This document shows positions 1 through 22,508 of a stretch of 24,000 nt of DNA, piece by piece. Position 1 is the first letter of the stretch. Each line of letters opens with the position of its first letter. Both the position numbers and the translations under genes were made by a program. Location: assembly GCF_057124965.1 (NCBI RefSeq), contig NZ_CM169477.1; one strand, written 5' to 3'. Below the pieces are notes generated by a model. It was not told the DNA's origin and searched no databases. It was given only the letters and a program-made list of their open reading frames with translations.

Positions 1-204
1 GTTAGCAAGCGTGTCACTTGTCATACATTTCGTCACTCGTTTGCTACGCATCTATTACAAGCGGGGCGTGATATTCGCACTGTGCAAGAACTCTTAGGGC
101 ATAACGATGTTAAGACCACGCAAATCTATACGCATGTGTTGGGTCAGCATTTTGCCGGCACCACCAGTCCTGCGGATGGACTGATGCTACTTATCAATCA
201 GTAA
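1..204 (+). CDS. intI2: Integron integrase (IntI2-type tyrosine recombinase), C-terminal 67 codons; 5' part lies outside the window
   Basis: Frame 1 is open from base 1 to TAA at 202-204. It translates [67 protein letters not shown]. This carries the tyrosine-recombinase box II motif (HxxRHSFAT...LLGH...TxIYTH) and parallels the IntI1 C-terminus. Adjacency to Tn7L supports intI2. The ORF track misses it because it has no start codon in the window. Confidence 0.8.
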   Translation, partial: VSKRVTCHTFRHSFATHLLQAGRDIRTVQELLGHNDVKTTQIYTHVLGQHFAGTTSPADGLMLLINQ

Positions 205-391
205 AAGTAGATAAATATCTTTATGTAGCCCTGAGTAGCCCCTGATACTTTTTATGGTGAAAAAGATAAACAATCATAGAGGGGATAAATATGAGCCAGT
301 TCTACCATTGTTCAGATAAGTTTAAGCAAGATACTGTCAATCACAGTGACCATTCATGGTCATTACACTTCCTCCAGTTGCCAGACAATGC

Positions 392-631
392 CTAACATAA
401 AAACGCAAAAGCCCAAAAGTCAGAGCTTAGGTGTTCTAGGCGTTTTCTAAGCGCTGAAGAAATACGTCTTACCGTAGATTGCGTGCGTTTCTGAAGCACA
501 TTTTCCTTATACATGGCTTTATCCCAGGCAGCTTCATCAAGCTCTTGGAGTAACAAGCCAGTAATAATGCGACACTCTCGGGTTTGTAGCGAGCCGCTGG
601 TGAGATCGGAGTTATAGCGGAAAGGGGTCAT
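392..631 (-). pseudogene. Truncated BrxA-like (DUF1819) N-terminal fragment, 79 codons
   Basis: The ORF MTPFRYNSDLTSGSLQTRECRIITGLLLQELDEAAWDKAMYKENVLQKRTQSTVRRISSALRKRLEHLSSDFW... matches my recollection of the N-terminal pattern of BrxA/DUF1819 (Y..L..G.L...E.R.I..LL....W.....EN.LQKRT..T..R.....R.RL..L...FW). Full-length family members are about 200 aa, and this ORF stops at 79. The recognition is from memory only, with no search run. Confidence 0.4.
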
Positions 632-991
632 TTGTAATTATTTGTGGGTGGAGGATAGTTAACTTATTATTGTAGTTGGAAGAGGCTGCTTTCCAAACAT
701 TAGCACCTCGTAATGCTTGTTACTGTATATTAATTTATGCTCTTAGCGCATGTTAATGGGCTATTACAATGCATAATGTCCACATCAAGATAACTGTGGC
801 TTAACACCTGTACAAGCGAAAAAAATCAATCACCTGTCCGGAAATACGGGATCACTGTAAAGTGTTGGTGAGGCAGTCTAGGAGGGGGATTTAATTTGGG
901 ATACTGATGAAAGGATTATGATCAGTTGGATATAGGATCGTACTAAGCTGAGCGGCAGGTTAGCTAGATTAGTTAACCAGATAAGTGAAAT

Positions 992-1013
992 CTAGTTCCA
1001 AACTATTTTGTCA
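992..1013 (-). repeat. TnsB binding site, innermost of the three in Tn7L
   Basis: ctagttccaaactattttgtca contains the 22-bp ACAAAATAG(T/A)T(G/T)GGAACT(G/A)G-type repeat on the minus strand. Confidence 0.8.
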
Positions 1014-1047
1014 TTTTTAATTTTCGTATTAGCTTACGACGCTACAC

Positions 1048-1069
1048 CCAGTTCCCATCTATTTTGTCA
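1048..1069 (-). repeat. TnsB binding site, middle of the three in Tn7L
   Basis: ccagttcccatctattttgtca is the second copy of the same 22-bp motif. Confidence 0.8.
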
Positions 1070-1111
1070 CTCTTCCCTAAATAATCCTTAAAAACTCCAT
1101 TTCCACCCCTC

Positions 1112-1133
1112 CCAGTTCCCAACTATTTTGTCC
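1112..1133 (-). repeat. TnsB binding site, terminal copy in Tn7L, next to the cleavage terminus
   Basis: ccagttcccaactattttgtcc is followed by gcccaca, which ends the element at 1140. Confidence 0.85.
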
Positions 1134-1140
1134 GCCCACA

Positions 1141-1166
1141 GGGCTGCCGACCGGTGGCCCTTTTTT
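1141..1166 (+). terminator. Rho-independent terminator-like hairpin directly abutting the Tn7L terminus
   Basis: GGGCUGCC (1141-1148) pairs with GGUGGCCC (1153-1160), giving 8 bp including two G-U pairs. The loop is GACC and a T6 run follows (1161-1166). Confidence 0.55.
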
Positions 1167-1421
1167 ATAACTGACATCAATAAATTCATCTATCTTTCTA
1201 TATAAATATATTCTGAATTATCATTAATGTCTGATAACAAACTTGATTTTTTACTGTTTAAATAATATTTAAACAATAAATTTATATTTTATTTTTGCGT
1301 AATTAATATTATTTTTAGATAAAGCCGTCTCTTTGGTGTACTATTCCTTTGAATCAAAAATACACTTATTAATATAAGTGATGATTCATGGTAAAGGATA
1401 TATTATATCAATGGAGTTTTT

Positions 1422-1994
1422 ATGAAGCGTAATATTATAGGCGGTGCATTCACTCTGGCATCTCTAATGCTGGCCGGGCATGCACTGGCAGAAGATGGTG
1501 TTGTTCACTTCGTCGGTGAAATTGTCGACACTACTTGTGAAGTTACCTCCGATACAGCCGATCAAATTGTCCCACTGGGTAAAGTCAGTAAAAATGCATT
1601 TTCAGGTGTAGGTAGTCTGGCGTCGCCACAGAAGTTCAGTATTAAACTTGAAAATTGCCCGGCAACGTACACTCAAGCAGCCGTTCGTTTTGATGGTACA
1701 GAAGCGCCTGGCGGCGACGGCGACCTGAAAGTGGGTACGCCGCTTACAGCAGGCAACCCTGGTGATTTTACCGGTACAGGACAAGCGATTGCGGCAACCG
1801 GCGTTGGTATTCGTATTTTTAACCAGTCCGATAATTCGCAGGTTAAACTTTATAACGACTCTGCTTATACCGCTATCGATGCTGAAGGCAAGGCTGAAAT
1901 GAAGTTTATTGCACGCTATGTGGCAACCAATGCGACCGTAACGGCTGGTACGGCGAACGCGGATTCACAATTTACTGTCGAATATAAGAAATAA
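1422..1994 (+). CDS. lpfA: Type 1-family major fimbrial subunit (long polar fimbria LpfA-like)
   Basis: The 190-aa ORF has a signal peptide (..LMLAGHALA/ED), the conserved Cys pair and a C-terminal beta-strand (..FTVEYKK). A GGAG-like RBS lies upstream. It is the first gene of a chaperone-usher cluster in the glmS-pstS gap, the known site of lpf2/lpfO113. Confidence 0.75.
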   Translation: MKRNIIGGAFTLASLMLAGHALAEDGVVHFVGEIVDTTCEVTSDTADQIVPLGKVSKNAFSGVGSLASPQKFSIKLENCPATYTQAAVRFDGTEAPGGDGDLKVGTPLTAGNPGDFTGTGQAIAATGVGIRIFNQSDNSQVKLYNDSAYTAIDAEGKAEMKFIARYVATNATVTAGTANADSQFTVEYKK

Positions 1995-2041
1995 TTTATC
2001 AAGGGCCTTTTTATTCAGTTGGCTTTGGCCAGGGAGTCGTT

Positions 2042-2773
2042 ATGTCCAGAAAAAGTTGTTTAATCAGGCTCTTTAAAACAACAGTTTCATGTAAGTTATT
2101 TACCGCGATTATACTCAGCGTTTTTTTAGGCCAACCAGCATTAACTTATGCAGGCGTTGTCATTGGTGGTACGCGGGTGGTTTACTTAAGTAATAATGCT
2201 GATAAATCTATTTCTGTATTTAGCAAAGAAGAAAAAATACCTTATCTCATCCAGGCTTGGGTAGATCCATTTAATAAAGAGGATAAAAGCAAAGCGCCGT
2301 TTACCGTTATTCCGCCAGTATCACGATTAGAACCTTCGCAAGAAAAAATATTACGCATTATTCACACCAAAGGTGTGTCATTGCCTGATGATCGCGAGTC
2401 AGTCTTCTGGCTGAATATTAAAAATATTCCGCCATCAGCGAGCAACAAAGCGACGAACTCGCTGGAAATAGCAGTAAAAACGCGTATCAAGCTGTTCTGG
2501 CGACCAGCAAATATCCGCCTTATTCCCGAAGATGCTGCGCCGAAAGTGAAATGGCGCCGGGAAGGGCGAAATCTGATAGCAGAGAATCCCAACCCAATTC
2601 ATATCAGTGTGATGGATGTCATCGTTGATGGCCATGATGTGCCCCTCAATATGATCCGTCCTTTTGAAACGCTCACGTTACCTTTACCTGCTAATTCTGC
2701 GGGAGGCCAAATGACCTGGCGATTTATTAATGATTACGGCGCAGTCAGTGACCCGATAAAAATGACGCTGTAA
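2042..2773 (+). CDS. lpfB: Periplasmic fimbrial chaperone (PapD/FimC family)
   Basis: The 243-aa ORF carries typical chaperone motifs (GGTRVVY..., IQAWVD, LFWRP, NPNPIHIS). Confidence 0.8.
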   Translation: MSRKSCLIRLFKTTVSCKLFTAIILSVFLGQPALTYAGVVIGGTRVVYLSNNADKSISVFSKEEKIPYLIQAWVDPFNKEDKSKAPFTVIPPVSRLEPSQEKILRIIHTKGVSLPDDRESVFWLNIKNIPPSASNKATNSLEIAVKTRIKLFWRPANIRLIPEDAAPKVKWRREGRNLIAENPNPIHISVMDVIVDGHDVPLNMIRPFETLTLPLPANSAGGQMTWRFINDYGAVSDPIKMTL

Positions 2774-2797
2774 GCAAGGGATAAGGATAGGCGTATT

Positions 2798-5320
2798 ATG
2801 ATGACGACCAGAATAGTGGTTGGCCTCACGGCAGGGACGTGTCTGATTTTCTCGCAAAACCTGATGGCCGAGGTCAGTGTATTCAATCCGGCGCTTCTGG
2901 AAATCGACCATCAATCCGGAGTCGATATTCGCCAGTTTAATCGGGCAAACCTGATGCCCCCAGGTGTTTATAGCGTTGATATTTTTATCAACGGTAAAAT
3001 GTTTGAACGTCAGGATGTGACATTTGTTCAGGATAATCCAGATGCTGATCTGCACGCATGCTTTATTGCCATTAAAAAAACACTGTCCTCCTTTGGCATA
3101 AAAGTTGATGCGCTCAAATCGTTCAATGATGTGGATGAGACGGTTTGCCTCGATCCTGCTCCACGTATTGAAGGCTCATCCTGGCAGTTTGACAGTGATA
3201 AATTGCAGCTGAATATATCCATTCCCCAAATCTACATGGACGCGATGGCTTATGATTACATCAGCCCCACGCGTTGGGATGAGGGGATTAACGCGCTCAC
3301 CATCAACTACGATTTTTCTGGTTCACATACACTACGTTCAGATTATGGTTCACAAGAGACAGATACCAGTTATCTCAATCTGCGCAATGGACTGAATATT
3401 GGACCGTGGCGGCTACGTAATTACAGTACTTTAAACACCAGCGATGGCCGTGCGGAATACAACTCCATTAGTACCTGGATACAGCGCGATATTGCCGCGT
3501 TAAGAAGCCAGATTATGATTGGTGATACGTGGACGGCGAGCGATATTTTCGACAGTACGCAAATTCGCGGCGCGCGTTTGTATACTGATAACGATATGCT
3601 ACCCGCCAGCCAGAATGGCTTTGCTCCTGTGGTTCGTGGGATTGCAAAGTCCAACGCCACCGTCATCATTCGGCAGAATGGCTACGTGATTTATCAGTCT
3701 GCCGTTCCACAAGGTGCTTTTGAGATCACCGATCTCAACACCGCCAGTACAGGTGGCGATTTGGACGTAACCATCAAAGAAGAAGACGGTAGCGAACAAC
3801 GATTCACCCAACCTTATGCTTCATTGGCGATTCTTAAACGTGAAGGTCAGACAGATGTTGATGTCAGCGTGGGTGAATTGCGCGATGAAGACGGATTTAC
3901 ACCGGACGTCCTTCAGGCGCAAATACTTCATGGTTTTTCCCACGGGATCACTTTATATGGAGGTATGCAGGCTGCTGAAAATTATGGTTCTGCAGCTCTG
4001 GGTGTCGGTAAAGATCTTGGCGCTTTGGGCGCAATTTCTTTCGATGTGACACATGCTCGTGCGAATTTTAGCCATGATGATACAGAAACGGGTCAGTCAT
4101 ATCGCTTTCTCTATTCAAAACGATTTGACGACACAGACACTAGCTTGCGCCTGGTTGGCTATCGTTACTCCACCGAGGGCTACTATACCCTCAATGAGTG
4201 GGCATCGCGGCGCAACAGCCCTGAAGACTTTTGGGAAACAGGTAACCGACGTAGTCGCGTGGAGGGAACGCTAACGCAGTCGTTGGGGAGAGATTATGGC
4301 AATTTATACCTGACATTAAGCCGGCAACAATACTGGCATACCGATGATGTCGAACGATTAATGCAATTTGGCTACAGCAGTAGCTGGAAGCGTCTCTCGT
4401 GGAACGTCTCCTGGAGTTATTCCAATACTGCCAGACAGGGGACGGGGAACAACCATGCCATTGATAACACCAGTGAGCAGATCTACATGCTCTCTTTATC
4501 TGTTCCTTTATCGGGCTGGTGGGGTAATAGTTACGCCACCTATTCTGTTTCGCAAAACGATAATTCCGGTAGCTCACATCAACTCGGACTCAGCGGTACG
4601 GCGCTGGAAAGAAATAACCTTTCATGGAATTTAATGCAGTCCTATAACAGTCATGATGATGAGGTTGGCGGTAATATGTCCCTGACCTATGATGGCTCTT
4701 ATGGCACGGTGAACGGCAGCTATAACTACAGCCAAAATTCCCAGAGGCTGAATTATGGTATCAGAGGGGGAATTCTGGCACACAGCGAAGGGGTAACGTT
4801 AAGTCAGGAGTTAGGTGAAACTATTGCTCTTGTTAAAGCACCTGGGGCCGCCGGGTTAGAAATAGATAATATGCGCGGTGCTGCGACGGACTGGCGCGGC
4901 TATACGGTCAAGACACAGCTAAACCCTTATGATGAAAATCGGGTAGCAATCAGCGATAACTATTTCTCGAAGTCGAATATAGAACTTGATAATACCGTCG
5001 TTACGATGGTTCCCACGCGTGGTGCAGTGGTTAAAGCGGAGTTTGTGACTCATGTGGGTTATCGCGTTCTCTTCAGAGTGTTAAATGCAAATGGTAAACC
5101 GGTACCTTTTGGAGCCATTGCTGCGATACAAGATGCAAGTTTGGCAGATTCAGGAATTGTCGGTGACCGTGGCGAACTTTATCTTTCTGGTCTACCAGAA
5201 AAAGGACAGGTTACGTTATCCTGGGGAGAAAACGCCTCAACAAAATGCATCTTCAATTATTCACTTTCGACACCAGAAAGTGAGAGCGGATTAATTGAAC
5301 AGGGTGTGACATGTCATTAA
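2798..5320 (+). CDS. lpfC: Outer-membrane fimbrial usher (FimD/PapC family)
   Basis: The 840-aa ORF starts with the usher N-terminal motif FNPALLEID...DIRQFN.. and ends with a C-terminal Cys pair. It follows the chaperone gene closely. Confidence 0.85.
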   Translation: MMTTRIVVGLTAGTCLIFSQNLMAEVSVFNPALLEIDHQSGVDIRQFNRANLMPPGVYSVDIFINGKMFERQDVTFVQDNPDADLHACFIAIKKTLSSFGIKVDALKSFNDVDETVCLDPAPRIEGSSWQFDSDKLQLNISIPQIYMDAMAYDYISPTRWDEGINALTINYDFSGSHTLRSDYGSQETDTSYLNLRNGLNIGPWRLRNYSTLNTSDGRAEYNSISTWIQRDIAALRSQIMIGDTWTASDIFDSTQIRGARLYTDNDMLPASQNGFAPVVRGIAKSNATVIIRQNGYVIYQSAVPQGAFEITDLNTASTGGDLDVTIKEEDGSEQRFTQPYASLAILKREGQTDVDVSVGELRDEDGFTPDVLQAQILHGFSHGITLYGGMQAAENYGSAALGVGKDLGALGAISFDVTHARANFSHDDTETGQSYRFLYSKRFDDTDTSLRLVGYRYSTEGYYTLNEWASRRNSPEDFWETGNRRSRVEGTLTQSLGRDYGNLYLTLSRQQYWHTDDVERLMQFGYSSSWKRLSWNVSWSYSNTARQGTGNNHAIDNTSEQIYMLSLSVPLSGWWGNSYATYSVSQNDNSGSSHQLGLSGTALERNNLSWNLMQSYNSHDDEVGGNMSLTYDGSYGTVNGSYNYSQNSQRLNYGIRGGILAHSEGVTLSQELGETIALVKAPGAAGLEIDNMRGAATDWRGYTVKTQLNPYDENRVAISDNYFSKSNIELDNTVVTMVPTRGAVVKAEFVTHVGYRVLFRVLNANGKPVPFGAIAAIQDASLADSGIVGDRGELYLSGLPEKGQVTLSWGENASTKCIFNYSLSTPESESGLIEQGVTCH

Positions 5321-5330
5321 AAGGATTTTT

Positions 5331-6404
5331 ATGAACAAGTATATCAAACAGTGGTGCTTTGCTGTGTTTATGCTCTCGTTAAGTAGTGTAGCACTTGCAG
5401 CTCCTAAAGGTATCTGTACCCCTGATAATGGCGTATTTCACAGTACGCTTGATTTCTCGGGATATCTTATTACCGCGAACGAAAATAAGGTTGGAACGAC
5501 ATTTAACACCACTGTAACTAATGGATCCTCATATCCTGGACGCTGTCATTGTGATACTGGTAACGTAGGAGAATTCCCCTATATCTATTATACGTCAAAA
5601 ATAAACCAGGCATTAACTTATGCTGGGGTTCACTCTAATATTAATTATTATGATCTTAATCCGAACCTTGATGTTGGGATTGCTATAGATATTCTTGGGG
5701 TTGGGTATGTGAATGCACCTTTTGAATATCATGCTAACAACCCGTCTGGTAATACAAAGTACAATTGCAACCGCATTGAACCTTTAAGTATATCTAGTGG
5801 GGCTAAAGCGATAGTATATTTTTATATCAAGAAGACATTTGCAGGAAAATTGATTATTCCTGAAACAAAGATAGTGACATTGTATGGAACAATTAGCCGT
5901 GACACCCCGGTGGATTACTCACAGCCGATGGCTGATGTTTATATTCGGGGCGATATTACAGCTCCGCAAAGTTGCGAAATAAATAATTTACAGCCAGTTT
6001 ATTTTGATTTTAAAGAAATACCAGCTGCAGATTTTTCATCTGTTGTTGGAAGTGCGGTAACAACACATAAAATTACTAAAACGGTCACTATTGAGTGTGA
6101 AAACCTGGGGATACTGAATACCGATGATATCAGTACGTCTTTTTATGCTACCGAACCCAATACGGACAATTCAATGGTCGTAACTTCAAACTCTAACGTG
6201 GGGATAAAAATTTACGACAAAAATAATAAGGAAATCAAAGTGAACGGTGGTGAGTTGCCAACAGACATGGGTAAATCAACAGTGTATGGTGAAAAATCAG
6301 GTAGTGTAACTTTTTCAGCTGCTCCTGCGAGCCTTACTGGAGCTCGCCCAGCCCCGGGGCAATTTACTGCAACAGCGACGATAACTGTTGAGATTGTGCG
6401 CTAA
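5331..6404 (+). CDS. lpfD: Fimbrial minor subunit / putative tip adhesin (LpfD-like)
   Basis: The 357-aa ORF has a signal peptide (..SSVALA/AP). It is the last gene of the cluster and is larger than a pilin, as expected for a two-domain adhesin. It is visibly more AT-rich than lpfA. Confidence 0.65.
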   Translation: MNKYIKQWCFAVFMLSLSSVALAAPKGICTPDNGVFHSTLDFSGYLITANENKVGTTFNTTVTNGSSYPGRCHCDTGNVGEFPYIYYTSKINQALTYAGVHSNINYYDLNPNLDVGIAIDILGVGYVNAPFEYHANNPSGNTKYNCNRIEPLSISSGAKAIVYFYIKKTFAGKLIIPETKIVTLYGTISRDTPVDYSQPMADVYIRGDITAPQSCEINNLQPVYFDFKEIPAADFSSVVGSAVTTHKITKTVTIECENLGILNTDDISTSFYATEPNTDNSMVVTSNSNVGIKIYDKNNKEIKVNGGELPTDMGKSTVYGEKSGSVTFSAAPASLTGARPAPGQFTATATITVEIVR

Positions 6405-6411
6405 TAGGTCT

Positions 6412-6439
6412 GACAACGATTGTTCATCACATCGTTGTC
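6412..6439 (+). other. Perfect 9-bp stem hairpin just after the lpfD stop; possible operon-end structure
   Basis: gacaacgat (6412-6420) and atcgttgtc (6431-6439) flank a 10-nt loop. No U-run follows, so it is weak as an intrinsic terminator. Confidence 0.3.
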
Positions 6440-6545
6440 ATCTCACCCATTTCTTTATCACTTTTAAATGCATCATGACAAAAAGATGACATGTGGGATT
6501 TTCATCTTCACATTTAAAATCAGTAAGTTATTTGGTAATTCCTTT

Positions 6546-6601
6546 CTGTCATAAAAATGTCATATTCCTTACATATAACTGTCACCTGTTTGTCCTATTT
6601 T
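6546..6601 (+). promoter_or_regulatory. pstS PhoB-dependent promoter: two tandem Pho boxes plus -10
   Basis: Pho box 1 is ctgtcataaaaatgtcat (6546-6563). Pho box 2 is cttacatataactgtcac (6568-6585). A TATTTT -10 lies at 6596-6601. The layout matches the classical pstS promoter. Confidence 0.85.
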
Positions 6602-6633
6602 GCTTCTCGTAGCCAACAAACAATGCTTTATGA

Positions 6634-7692
<1,059 letters not shown>

Positions 7693-7701
7693 TAAAACTC
7701 C

Positions 7702-7736
7702 AGGCCGGGTACGGTGTTTTACGCCGCATCCGGCAT
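7702..7736 (-). repeat. REP (repetitive extragenic palindrome) element between pstS and pstC
   Basis: The minus strand reads tgccggatgcggcgtaaaacaccgtacccggcctg, which matches the GCCGGATGCGGCG... REP consensus. Confidence 0.8.
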
Positions 7737-7775
7737 TACAAAATGACTTTGTAAACGCGTTTAACTGAAGAGTAA

Positions 7776-9628
<1,853 letters not shown>

Positions 9629-9634
9629 CACTTT

Positions 9635-9668
9635 GCCGGATGCGGCGTGAACGCCTGATCCGGCCTAC
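9635..9668 (+). repeat. REP element between pstA and pstB
   Basis: gccggatgcggcgtgaacgcctgatccggcctac is a near-consensus REP. Confidence 0.85.
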
Positions 9669-9679
9669 GGTAAGCCTGA

Positions 9680-10492
<813 letters not shown>

Positions 10493-10506
10493 TTCAGGAG
10501 TGCGTT

Positions 10507-11232
10507 ATGGACAGTCTCAATCTTAATAAACATATTTCCGGCCAGTTCAACGCCGAACTGGAAAGTATCCGCACGCAGGTGATGACCATGGGCGGCATGG
10601 TGGAGCAGCAGCTTTCTGATGCAATCACCGCGATGCATAACCAGGACAGCGATCTGGCGAAGCGCGTGATCGAAGGCGACAAGAACGTCAACATGATGGA
10701 AGTGGCGATCGATGAAGCCTGCGTGCGCATTATCGCCAAACGTCAGCCGACGGCGAGCGACCTGCGACTGGTTATGGTGATCAGTAAAACCATTGCCGAG
10801 CTGGAGCGTATTGGCGACGTGGCGGACAAAATCTGCCGTACTGCGCTGGAGAAATTCTCCCAGCAGCATCAGCCGTTGCTGGTAAGTCTGGAGTCGCTGG
10901 GCCGTCATACCATCCAGATGCTGCACGACGTGCTGGACGCGTTCGCGCGGATGGACATTGACGAAGCGGTACGTATTTATCGTGAAGATAAAAAAGTCGA
11001 TCAGGAATACGAAGGTATTGTTCGTCAACTGATGACCTACATGATGGAAGATTCGCGTACCATTCCGAGCGTACTTACTGCGCTGTTCTGCGCGCGTTCT
11101 ATCGAACGTATTGGCGACCGCTGCCAGAATATTTGTGAGTTTATCTTCTACTACGTGAAGGGGCAGGATTTCCGTCATGTAGGCGGTGATGAGCTGGATA
11201 AACTGCTGGCGGGAAAAGATAGCGACAAATAA
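10507..11232 (+). CDS. phoU: Phosphate signalling regulator PhoU
   Basis: The sequence [25 protein letters not shown]... is recognised as E. coli PhoU (241 aa). The track ORF starts 18 nt earlier (10489), but the conserved start is the ATG at 10507. Confidence 0.95.
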   Translation: MDSLNLNKHISGQFNAELESIRTQVMTMGGMVEQQLSDAITAMHNQDSDLAKRVIEGDKNVNMMEVAIDEACVRIIAKRQPTASDLRLVMVISKTIAELERIGDVADKICRTALEKFSQQHQPLLVSLESLGRHTIQMLHDVLDAFARMDIDEAVRIYREDKKVDQEYEGIVRQLMTYMMEDSRTIPSVLTALFCARSIERIGDRCQNICEFIFYYVKGQDFRHVGGDELDKLLAGKDSDK

Positions 11233-11240
11233 TTCACCAG

Positions 11241-11273
11241 ACAAATCCCAATAACTTAATTATTGGGATTTGT
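11241..11273 (+). terminator. Hairpin terminator after phoU
   Basis: acaaatcccaataa (11241-11254) pairs perfectly with ttattgggatttgt (11260-11273). A T/A-rich tail follows. Confidence 0.6.
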
Positions 11274-11315
11274 TATATATAACTTTATAAATTCCTAAAA
11301 TTACACAAAGTTAAT

Positions 11316-11337
11316 AACTGCGAGCATGGTCATATTT
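11316..11337. promoter_or_regulatory. CRP-cAMP site of the bgl promoter, within the AT-rich H-NS-silenced bglR region
   Basis: The core TGCGA-gcatgg-TCATA (11319-11334) resembles TGTGA-N6-TCACA. It sits in the phoU-bglG intergenic region, upstream of the RAT leader. Confidence 0.7.
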
Positions 11338-11427
11338 TTATCAATAGCGCATTGCTATTTTCTCTGCACGCAATTAAATTAATTTCCGAACCTGGATGTT
11401 CGTTATAAAAACCATTAATAAATGACT

Positions 11428-11450
11428 GGATTGTTACTGCATTCGCAGGC

Positions 11451-11456
<6 letters not shown>
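11428..11456 (+). promoter_or_regulatory. RAT (ribonucleic antiterminator) 1, BglG binding site in the bgl leader
   Basis: ggattgttactgcattcgcaggcaaaacc is the canonical bgl RAT. It overlaps the 5' arm of terminator t1. Confidence 0.9.
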
Positions 11457-17026
<5,570 letters not shown>

Positions 17027-17027
17027 A

Positions 17028-21074
<4,047 letters not shown>

Positions 21075-21079
21075 AATAA

Positions 21080-21811
<732 letters not shown>

Positions 21812-21823
21812 GCTGAAGAAATA

Positions 21824-22508
<685 letters not shown>

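Larger units (their letters stand above)
1..1140 (-). mobile_element. Left arm of transposon Tn7 (partial; the element continues beyond the window start), outer terminus at 1140
   Basis: The canonical Tn7L end sequence sits at 975-1140. An integron-integrase 3' end points toward that end, as in the Tn7 class 2 integron layout. The location upstream of pstS fits insertion at attTn7 downstream of glmS with Tn7L distal to glmS. Confidence 0.85.
975..1140 (-). mobile_element. Tn7L end (166 bp) with terminal 5'-TGTGGGCGGACAAAATAGTTGGGAAC on the minus strand
   Basis: The reverse complement of 975-1140 reads TGTGGGCGGACAAAATAGTTGGGAACTGGGAGGGGTGGAAATGGAGTTTTTAAGGATTATTTAGGGAAGAGTGACAAAATAGATGGGAACTGGGTGTAGCGTCGTAAGCTAATACGAAAATTAAAAATGACAAAATAGTTTGGAACTAGATTTCACTTATCTGGTT. 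I recognise this as the Tn7L segment used in mini-Tn7 vectors. Confidence 0.9.

Noticed and set aside
225-245. Tandem imperfect repeat gtagccctga / gtagcccctga just after the intI2 stop
   Set aside because: There are only two copies and no associated structure or known motif. It is likely incidental.
291-395. A 34-codon ORF (MSQFYHCSDKFKQDTVNHSDHSWSLHFLQLPDNA) with a GAGGGG-like RBS and an internal palindrome tgacca-ttca-tggtca (346-361)
   Set aside because: It is too short, has no recognisable family, and overlaps the end of the BrxA-like relic. It cannot be supported from sequence alone.
992-1133. Three spaced about-22-bp direct repeats that could superficially suggest a mini CRISPR-like array
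   Set aside because: They are the known TnsB binding sites of Tn7L. There are only three copies, with irregular spacing, and they end at the transposon terminus.
2684-3055. A 123-aa minus-strand ORF across the lpfB/lpfC junction, plus other short antisense ORFs within lpfC
   Set aside because: They lie antisense to strongly supported chaperone and usher genes and have no independent support.
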